From an uncultured bacterium (GTDB lineage: Bacteria; Actinomycetota; Acidimicrobiia; Acidimicrobiales; CAXMLU01): DNA of 11,287 nt. The notes under the pieces were generated by a model. It searched no databases. It saw only the letters and a program-made list of their open reading frames with translations, and was not told where the DNA came from. Position numbers and translations under genes: made by a program. The DNA lies in contig CAXMLU010000558.1 of assembly GCA_964194255.1 (NCBI GenBank), positions 1 through 11,287 on the forward strand, given 5' to 3'. Of this stretch, positions 5,941 through 11,287 are shown piece after piece; the first letter of the stretch is position 1, and every line of letters begins with the position of its first letter.

Positions 5941-6336
5941 TTGCGAGAAATGGTGGCCCGCTGCACTGGGTTAGCACCAGACCGCACCTCTGCCTATCGC
6001 ACAGCCCCCCGGAGGCTGATGCGCGACGTCCTGCTCAGTGACGAACCAAGGATCGATGCCATCAAATTGATGTCGAGGGTATGGAGGGCGCCGTTCTCCG
6101 CCGCCCGGTCTCTGCTTAAGCGACACGCTCCCACGTTAATACTCGAGCTGTCTTCGGCCCTACCGGCTCGTTCCGACTGTACCGCCGAGGAGTTGCTGTG
6201 GGGCCTAAGCGACCTCGACTACCGCTTCGAGGTGGCCTCACCGGCGACGCCCAACTCCGTCCCCGTCAAAACAGCCGCGGACATCATCGCGGCGTTCCGG
6301 GAACATCGTATCGAGCACATAGATCTAGTGGCTTAG
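5941..6336 (+). CDS. hypothetical protein in a lower-GC patch; no recognisable domain
   Basis: 131-aa ORF with a TTG start. Internal ATG candidates exist at about 6019 and 6073. Third-position codon usage is atypically A/T-rich for this genome (TTA, ATA, CTA, AAA codons). The C-terminal part reads ELLWGLSDLDYRFEVASPATPNSVPVKTAADIIAAFREHRIEHIDLVA. It could be horizontally acquired or non-coding. Confidence 0.25.
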   Translation: MREMVARCTGLAPDRTSAYRTAPRRLMRDVLLSDEPRIDAIKLMSRVWRAPFSAARSLLKRHAPTLILELSSALPARSDCTAEELLWGLSDLDYRFEVASPATPNSVPVKTAADIIAAFREHRIEHIDLVA

Positions 6337-6538
6337 CCTGGTCACGACAAGGAAGCCGCCAAGACCGTCGGCCGCCGCCTTGGCCGCACCGGAGCGCCCG
6401 GTTCAGCCCCCGAGGCACGCAGTGATATTGGCCGCGTTCTGCGCATCGAGGCCGTCGATTGCTAGGAGTCCGCTGAACTGCGGCGCCTGGATCACGGGTG
6501 TGCTGAGGACCCGGCCGAACGTCACCATGGCCAGCTGA

Positions 6539-6815
6539 GGCCCGACGGAGGTGGCCGCGATCCGATCGAACGCCGAGCTGTCCGCAGGCCCGCGGCAGCG
6601 GGCAGAGGGACGTCGATCCTTTGCCACTTAGCAGCGAAGCGGCCAAGGTGTATGGACGGCTCTACGCCCCGGTGAGCGCGGCCGAGAGTAAGGCGCGCAG
6701 TGCTCGCGCCATCGATCTTCTCATCCCGGCAACAGCACTTGGCGCTGACGTTCCGCCCTATACGCGCAACGCCGCGAACGTTCGCGCTCTCGAAGGCCTT
6801 GTCAAGCATCATTGG
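6539..6815 (+). pseudogene. PIN-domain (VapC-like) toxin remnant, frameshifted; the C-terminal half is clear and the N-terminal half is not recoverable
   Basis: The frame starting at 6621 encodes LSSEAAKVYGRLYAPVSAAESKARSARAIDLLIPATALGADVPPYTRNAANVRALEGLV. This matches the VapC C-terminal consensus (..GDALIAATALxxGxPLYTRNxxxFxRVPGLxxV). A different frame (6539..6631) encodes VAAIRSNAELSAG, which resembles the central S.IT.AEL..G motif. No intact N-terminus and no VapB antitoxin were found upstream. The ORF lacks a normal stop after the PIN domain. Confidence 0.4.
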
Positions 6816-7701
6816 GGTATAACCCCGCCGGCGTTTCGGGACAGCAGCACGATCTTCCAGCGGGCCGTTCCTCTACGACGTAAACTCTGGCAGAACACTG
6901 CGTGCGAACGCCTCGACCTGGGCCGCGCCGGCTTCGGGCCAGCCGCACACGAGGTACCCGTACCCCGCGTCCCGCCATTTCGTACGCGTGCTTGCGGGCC
7001 GTCTCGAGGTCGTCAAGTGACACCGACCCGGCGCGCACGATTTCGGCGGGATCGCGATCCACTTCTAATGCGAGCTCGTCGAGACGCGCGTTCGCCTCAC
7101 GCAAGGTGTTCGGCGTGCCCCACGCGTGCCACACGTCCGCGTACCGTGCGACGAGCGGTAGCGTGCGGCGAGGACCGTTGCCGCCGATCCAGAAAGGCGG
7201 ATGCGGACGTTGCACGGGGAGCGGCCGCATCCGCGCGTCGTGTAGCGACACCTGTCGCCCTTCGTACGACACGACGTCACCGGTGAACAACCGCATCACG
7301 ATCTCAAGCGCGTCGTGCAGGAGGTCGAAGCGCTCGGTCGTCGATGGGAAGGGAATGCCGAGCTCAACGTGCTCCGTCTGGAACCACGCCGCACCGAGAG
7401 AGAGTTCGAGCCGGCCGTGCGACGCGTGGTCGACGGTGAGCGCCTGCGCCGCCAGCACCGACGGGTGTCGGTAGGTCACGCCGGTCACGAGCAGACCGAG
7501 CCGAATCCGCGATGTCAGCCCCGCTAGGGCGGCGAGCGTCGTCAGTCCCTCGAACGTCTCGCCCGGCCCCTCGCCGTACATCGGCTGAAAGTGGTCGAAG
7601 CCCCAGGCGCCGTCGAATCCGAGTTCCTCGGCGAGCTGCACACGCCGCACGAGCTCGTCCCACGGCATGCGCTGCTGCGCCACATCGATTCCAAATCGCA
7701 T
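6802..7701 (-). CDS. LLM-class (luciferase-like monooxygenase fold) F420-dependent-type oxidoreductase; probable frameshift near the 3' end
   Basis: MRFGIDVAQQRMPWDELVRRVQLAEELGFDGAWGFDHF...PPFWIGGNGPRRTLPLVARYADVWHAWG...ELALEVDRDPAEIVRAG is typical of the Bac_luciferase/LLM family. After ...YEMAG the annotated frame becomes Arg-rich nonsense. The -1 frame encodes YGYLVCGWPEAGAAQVEAFARSVLPEFTS followed by a stop at about 6872, which is a canonical LLM C-terminus. The true 3' end is therefore probably about 6872, with an indel near 6958..6975. Confidence 0.85.
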   Translation of the reverse strand: MRFGIDVAQQRMPWDELVRRVQLAEELGFDGAWGFDHFQPMYGEGPGETFEGLTTLAALAGLTSRIRLGLLVTGVTYRHPSVLAAQALTVDHASHGRLELSLGAAWFQTEHVELGIPFPSTTERFDLLHDALEIVMRLFTGDVVSYEGRQVSLHDARMRPLPVQRPHPPFWIGGNGPRRTLPLVARYADVWHAWGTPNTLREANARLDELALEVDRDPAEIVRAGSVSLDDLETARKHAYEMAGRGVRVPRVRLARSRRGPGRGVRTQCSARVYVVEERPAGRSCCCPETPAGLYPNDA

Positions 7702-7721
7702 GCGAGCAATCTAGCCATACG

Positions 7722-8120
7722 CTACGTCACGAACCGGGCCGTCCGACGATGGAAGCGCCACCCGCCGTCGGCGTGGTGGAGGAGGTCGTGATATCGGCCA
7801 ACGAGCTGGATGGCCCAACCGGCCTGGCCCTTCAGGATGAAGATTACGTCGCTGCCCGCGTGAGCCTCGTCGTCGTTCCAGTTGGTGACGAGGGTGTTGA
7901 CGACGAGGTGGCGCTGGGGCCGCACCGGCTTCCACGTGGCGTAGGTGGCGCGGAGGGCGTCGTGGCCCTCTTGGGTTCCCATGCCCGGGATCTCGCAGGC
8001 GCCGTCGGAGCAGAAGGTGGCGACGAGATCGTTCCGGCCGTCGTCGAGGGCCCGGGAATACAGGCGATAACGGCGCGGATGCCACTCGACGACCTGTGTG
8101 TACGTCGTCTCCGTGCCCAT
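7722..8120 (-). CDS. NTF2-like / SnoaL-like domain protein (small polyketide-cyclase-fold protein)
   Basis: 132 aa: ...VVEWHPRRYRLYSRALDDGRNDLVATFCSDGACEIPGMG...RATYATW...RHLVVNTLV...GRYHDLLHHADGGWRFHRRTARFV. The length and motifs are typical of the SnoaL_4/NTF2 superfamily. The start ATG overlaps the stop of the upstream small ORF (TGAgATG). Confidence 0.75.
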   Translation of the reverse strand: MGTETTYTQVVEWHPRRYRLYSRALDDGRNDLVATFCSDGACEIPGMGTQEGHDALRATYATWKPVRPQRHLVVNTLVTNWNDDEAHAGSDVIFILKGQAGWAIQLVGRYHDLLHHADGGWRFHRRTARFVT

Positions 8121-8121
8121 C

Positions 8122-8355
8122 TCAGAAGCCGAGGTCGACGATCGGACGCTCGAGCGGGTTCAGGTTGATCAGGTGCAGCGCCGGGAGCAGCCTCTCGTAC
8201 GGGAGGCTGGCGAGGAAGCCGTCGACGGTCCGTTCGAAGTTAGCGATGCCTCCCGCGATCGCCTCGAACAGGCGCATGTACTCGGAGCCCTTGGCGTGCA
8301 AGCCGCGCTGCCGCCTCGGCAGGTTCGAGAAGTCTTGCGTTGGGATCGGTGGCAA
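8122..8355 (-). CDS. small hypothetical protein (51 aa from ATG at about 8277, or 77 aa from TTG at 8355), translationally coupled to the NTF2-like gene
   Basis: MRLFEAIAGGIANFERTVDGFLASLPYERLLPALHLINLNPLERPIVDLGF. Codon third-position GC is about 90%, much better than the antisense + ORF 8098..8493. The stop TGA lies 1 nt before the ATG of the downstream gene. There are no Cys residues, so it is not a ferredoxin, and no domain was recognised. Confidence 0.4.
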   Translation of the reverse strand: MPPIPTQDFSNLPRRQRGLHAKGSEYMRLFEAIAGGIANFERTVDGFLASLPYERLLPALHLINLNPLERPIVDLGF

Positions 8356-8414
8356 CCGTGGATCGTCGCATTCCCGCGGCTCGGGGGGCGTGGGCTTTTC
8401 CGGCTCGCTCGTTT

Positions 8415-8432
8415 CCGGGAAAACTTTACCGG
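8415..8432. promoter_or_regulatory. AT-richer imperfect palindrome CCGGGAAAACTTTACCGG in the 146-bp gap upstream of the small ORF; candidate operator or internal promoter
   Basis: The half-sites CCGGGAAAA and TAAAGTTTT... CCGGTAAAG match at 7 of 9 positions. This is the only low-GC element in the intergenic region between the upstream LLM stop (8501) and the small ORF. Confidence 0.2.
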
Positions 8433-8500
8433 CGTCCGCTCCGGCGCGGCCCGATCCGGATCGCCTGCACGAGGAGTCCGATCAGCCACGTGATGCCTCA

Positions 8501-9418
8501 TTACCGTGTCGAAGTGGCGAAGGCGGGGGCAACCTCACGGGCGAACCGCTCGGGTTGCTCGACGCCGCAGTCGCCGAAGCGCAGCGCAACGTTTTCGACG
8601 CCGGCGGCCTGGAGGAGGCGGAGATCGGCGACGAACTGGTCAGGGGTGCCCACGAGGCGAGGGCGGTCGTCCTTGTCCGTCCAGGTCGGGGGGGCGTAGC
8701 GGAATTCCGACCCCTTCGGCGGGCGTGGGCGCGGGGCCGGCCAGTCCCCCGGATCGCGGTCGAGTAGCCGCGTCCGCCCGCAGCTGTAGGAAAACGTGAA
8801 CTGGCCTTGGAGACCGGCCGACGCCCGGAGGGCGAGGATCTCTTGACGCGCTGCGTCGTAGCGGTTGTCGGGCATCCACAGCGGGTGCCAGCCGTCGCCG
8901 AGGAGCGCGGCCCGCTGGCGCGCCGCCGCCCCGTTTCCCCCTACCCACAGCGGCACGGGCAAAGGAGGCTGCACAACGTGGAGCCCATCGGCCGGCTTCC
9001 GCACCGTCTTCAGGAACTCGTCGGTCAGCCTGCCGCGGTCCTCGTAGGGGCCGACGCCCAACGCCTCGAACTCGCCCCGCAGGTAGCCGACTCCGACGCC
9101 GAGGATCAGGCGGTCGCCGGCGAGGCGCCCGATTGTGCCCGCCATCGCCGCCACCTGCAATGGGTGGCGGTAGGGGGCGACGAGCACGTCAGTGCCGAAC
9201 CGCATCTTCGTGGTGCGGGCCAGGCCCCACGCGCATGTCGCGAGCGGCTCCAGGAACGGCGGCCTGAGGTTGACCTCAATGGCGTAGTCGGGGACTGCGA
9301 TGTGGTCGGCAAACCAGACTGACTCGAAGCCGAGCTCCTCCGCGGCGGCGACGAGCTCGCCGACGGCGGATGCATTGGCGTTCTCGCCGTAGGCCGGCAC
9401 CGAGATACCGAACTTCAT
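8501..9418 (-). CDS. LLM-class F420-dependent-type oxidoreductase (luciferase-like monooxygenase family)
   Basis: MKFGISVPAYGENANASAVGELVAAAEELGFESVWFADHIAVP...PLWVGGNGAAARQRAALLGDGWHP...LRFGDCGVEQPERFAREVAPAF. The N-terminal (M)KFGI..P and the FADH/WxxDH region are typical. The start ATG is 3 nt after the P450 stop (TAG CGG ATG). Confidence 0.85.
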   Translation of the reverse strand: MKFGISVPAYGENANASAVGELVAAAEELGFESVWFADHIAVPDYAIEVNLRPPFLEPLATCAWGLARTTKMRFGTDVLVAPYRHPLQVAAMAGTIGRLAGDRLILGVGVGYLRGEFEALGVGPYEDRGRLTDEFLKTVRKPADGLHVVQPPLPVPLWVGGNGAAARQRAALLGDGWHPLWMPDNRYDAARQEILALRASAGLQGQFTFSYSCGRTRLLDRDPGDWPAPRPRPPKGSEFRYAPPTWTDKDDRPRLVGTPDQFVADLRLLQAAGVENVALRFGDCGVEQPERFAREVAPAFATSTR

Positions 9419-9421
9419 CCG

Positions 9422-10615
9422 CTACCTCGTGATCCCGACCCTGAGCCGAGCGGGCCCGGTCTCGAAGAAGGCGGGGACGTTCTCGTAGACGAACCCGTTG
9501 GCCAACCGGATCGTCCCTTCCGGGAAGTGCTGCAGGAACGCCGTGATCCCGATCCGGGCGACAGCCCGAGCCAGCGGCGCACCCGGGCAGAAGTGCGGCC
9601 CGTAACCGAACGTCAGGTGGTCGGACAGGTTGGCTCGATCGATGTCGAAGTCGTCACCGTTCCCGAACACTGTCTCGTCGCGGTTGGCACACGCCGTGCC
9701 CATGATCACGCGCCGGCCGACGTGAAGGACAGTACCGCCGACTTCGGTCTGGCGAACGCAACCGCGCGGGATGAGCATGACGGGCGGAGCCAGACGCAGG
9801 CTCTCGTCGATGGCCCGGGGCACCGCCTCGAAGTCGGATCGCAGTCGGGCCTCGAGACCCGGGATCGTGAACAGCTGGTAGAGCAGGTTCCCGAGAAGCT
9901 GGCTCGTCGTCGTCAGCCCCCCGGTGACGAGGTTGCGGACCATGGCTCGGAGTTGGCGAGGGGTCAACCGGCTCCCGTCCATCTCTAGCTCGAGGAGCTT
10001 CGTGGTGACGTCGTCCTGAGGATCACGCCGGCGCTCGTCCACGCGGTCGTCGATATAGGCCGCGAAGTCGGGAAATCCGTCCGCGAAGCCCTCGACCCCT
10101 TCTCGGTTCCTGTGGGACGCGGGGAAGCCGCTCTCGATCAGGTCCCTGGCCCACGCCATGATCTGCGGCGCATCCTCCTCAGGGAACCCGAGGAGATGGA
10201 CCGTGGACGCGTTGGGCAGTGGGCTGCTGAAGGTCGGGACGAGGTCGACCTCGTCCGCGTTGGGCAGCGCGGCAAGGAGTGACCTTGCCGTCAGTTCGAT
10301 GTGGTGTTCCGCCGCCTTCACTGCTCTCGGCGTGAGCGCGGTCCCCATCACGCGGCGCACGAGCGTGTGGCTCGGCGGATCAAGCTCGCCGAGCGTCCGG
10401 TCCTCCATCGGGACGATCACGCCGGGCGCCTTGAACCCCTGCGCGCTCGAAAAAGCGTCGGTGTCGCGCAAAAGCCGCCGGCACTCGGCGTGGCGGGTGA
10501 TGTAGGCGATGCCGTCACTGATGTCGACGACCGCCGATTCCCTTCGCAGCTCGGACAGCAGGGACCACGAGTTATGCGCCTGCTCCGCATCGAACGGGTT
10601 GAATGCCTCGGCCAC
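9422..10615 (-). CDS. cytochrome P450 monooxygenase
   Basis: 397 aa with a GTG start. The heme-binding loop is FGYGPHFCPGAPLAR (FxxGxHxCxG). The I-helix is LVTGGLTTTSQLLGN (GGxxTT). The ExxR motif is ESLRL. The N-terminus FNPFD...WSLLSELRRESAVV...AYITRHAECRRLLRD is P450-typical. Confidence 0.92.
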   Translation of the reverse strand: MAEAFNPFDAEQAHNSWSLLSELRRESAVVDISDGIAYITRHAECRRLLRDTDAFSSAQGFKAPGVIVPMEDRTLGELDPPSHTLVRRVMGTALTPRAVKAAEHHIELTARSLLAALPNADEVDLVPTFSSPLPNASTVHLLGFPEEDAPQIMAWARDLIESGFPASHRNREGVEGFADGFPDFAAYIDDRVDERRRDPQDDVTTKLLELEMDGSRLTPRQLRAMVRNLVTGGLTTTSQLLGNLLYQLFTIPGLEARLRSDFEAVPRAIDESLRLAPPVMLIPRGCVRQTEVGGTVLHVGRRVIMGTACANRDETVFGNGDDFDIDRANLSDHLTFGYGPHFCPGAPLARAVARIGITAFLQHFPEGTIRLANGFVYENVPAFFETGPARLRVGITR

Positions 10616-10670
10616 TACACGCGGTCCAGGTCGAGCATCCGGATGATCTTGTCCTTCAGCCCTGTGTACT

Positions 10671-11138
10671 TCATGCCGTCGCCGTCGTGACCGTCGGCTC
10701 CCTGGGAAGGCCGAGGATCCGCTCGGCGATCACGTTGCGCCGGATCTCGCTCGTACCGCCCATGATCGAGTTGGCGCGGGTCGACAGCAGGCCGCGCCGC
10801 CCCCAGTCGTCGTCCATGAAAATTGCCTCCGGTCCGAGGATGTTGCACGCAGTCTCGTACAGCCGCTGGCTCGATGCTGCCCAGAACAGCCTCACGAGGC
10901 TCGATTCTGGACCGATCTCCTCCCCCCGGCCGACACGAGCGAGCGTTCGAGCGCTGTACAGCCGGAACATCTCGGCGTCTATCCATGACCTCGCCAGCCG
11001 CTGACGGACGAGGGGATCACCGAGGAGGCCGGCGCCGGCGCAGGCCATCCACAGCAGATCGATGGTGACCTCGCGTCGCACCTGCTCCCTCCAGATGAAG
11101 GAGCCACCGCGCTCGTTCCCGAGGGTCGTGTTCGCCAC
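10671..11138 (-). CDS. acyl-CoA dehydrogenase, C-terminal alpha-helical domain only in the intact frame; upstream domains lie in other frames or beyond the window
   Basis: VANTTLGNERGGSFIWREQ...RLYSARTLARVG...LFWAASSQRLYETACNILG...IMGGTSEIRRNVIAERILGLP matches the ACAD C-terminal domain (AMNTLNGGR...; Y..ER.QFG-like; IYEGTSEIQRxxIAR). The frame is closed by TGA at about 11160. Confidence 0.8.
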   Translation of the reverse strand: MANTTLGNERGGSFIWREQVRREVTIDLLWMACAGAGLLGDPLVRQRLARSWIDAEMFRLYSARTLARVGRGEEIGPESSLVRLFWAASSQRLYETACNILGPEAIFMDDDWGRRGLLSTRANSIMGGTSEIRRNVIAERILGLPREPTVTTATA

Positions 11139-11287
11139 AGCCTTCGTTCTCCGGGCCGATCAGGTTCTCGACCGGCACCTCCACCACTCGCCCTCCCGTG
11201 GTCTCGGTCCAAGCTGGTTTAAGTGCTTAGACCATGCATGGCGGCATTCCTCATCGCGCCGCCCGCCATAGAACGGTTCCTCGCCCA
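11139..11287 (-). pseudogene. upstream acyl-CoA dehydrogenase segments in shifted frames (middle-domain end TETTGGRVVEVPVENLIGPENEG in frame C); frameshifted or mis-sequenced, continuing off the window
   Basis: Manual translation gives a different minus frame (about 11226..11140) that encodes WTETTGGRVVEVPVENLIGPENEG, matching the ACAD motif (S.T.EL.F.DVRVP.ENLLG.EG.G), directly upstream of the C-terminal-domain ORF. Further upstream the best ACAD-like reading (KHLNQLGPRP resembling EDKLGLRASST) is in yet another frame. At least two frame changes are therefore needed within about 100 bp. Confidence 0.4.

Noticed and set aside
6403-6627. 74-aa minus-strand ORF (…MVTFGRVLSTPVIQAPQFSGLLAIDGLDAQNAANITACLGG)
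   Set aside because: It lies antisense to the frameshifted PIN-domain region and has no recognisable family. It is probably a by-product of the decayed locus.
6621-7286. Full 221-aa + ORF
   Set aside because: Only the first 65 or so residues are PIN-like. The remainder is Arg-rich and runs antisense through the LLM oxidoreductase gene. The ORF is long only because the PIN gene lost its stop.
7512-9988. + strand ORFs 7512..8168, 8096..8767, 8098..8493, 8807..9322 and 9527..9988, and minus shadow ORFs 7711..8085, 8169..8501, 8640..8948 and 9106..9375
   Set aside because: All lie antisense to, or out of frame with, the well-supported LLM, NTF2-like and P450 genes. They show low-complexity Arg/Gly/Pro composition.

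Overview
This window is a high-GC (about 68-70%) actinobacterial chromosomal segment. The gene content looks Mycobacterium-like: F420-type luciferase-like oxidoreductases, a P450, a PIN-domain remnant and an IS481-family element. None of the protein families were searched here; all were recognised by eye from conserved motifs. Features in order along the window:

- **Histidine phosphatase (1..298, - strand):** the 5' part of a gene with the RHG motif; the gene continues past the window start.
- **CDF cation-efflux transporter (714..1391, +):** a short form with the transmembrane domain only and an acidic loop. A downstream ORF (1581..1847, +) sits in the same frame and may be a separated C-terminal domain.
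- **Non-coding stretch (about 2200..2500):** lower GC, a tandem 12-bp repeat, and a 3' fragment of a tRNA (T-arm GGGGG-TTCGAAT-CCCTC plus acceptor 3' strand). I could not fold a 5' half for it.
- **IS481-family insertion (2498..3809):** inserted exactly at the end of that tRNA-like fragment. It has TGT...ACA imperfect inverted repeats, a 401-aa DDE transposase on the minus strand, and a perfect 15-bp target-site duplication (CCTCCGAGCGCGCTG) on both sides.
- **NfeD / flotillin pair (5488..5700 and 4211..5470, -):** a translationally coupled operon of a short OB-fold-only NfeD-like protein and an SPFH/flotillin protein, with a strong AAGGAGGAG Shine-Dalgarno.
- **Decayed accessory patch (about 5700..6830):** a possible ECF-sigma N-terminal fragment, a lower-GC 131-aa hypothetical ORF, and a frameshifted PIN/VapC pseudogene.
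- **Oxidative gene cluster (6802..>11287, - strand):** a tightly packed minus-strand cluster of acyl-CoA dehydrogenase (frameshifted, and partial at the window edge), cytochrome P450, LLM F420-type oxidoreductase, a small coupled ORF of unknown function, an NTF2/SnoaL-like protein, and a second LLM oxidoreductase.

No CRISPR array, rRNA or complete tRNA was found. I do not see a clearly new defence system. The most unusual items are the IS/tRNA-fragment junction, the domain-minimal NfeD/flotillin pair, the small ORF inside the oxidative operon, and a run of apparent frameshifts (ACAD, LLM, PIN). The frameshifts could be genuine gene decay or indel sequencing errors.
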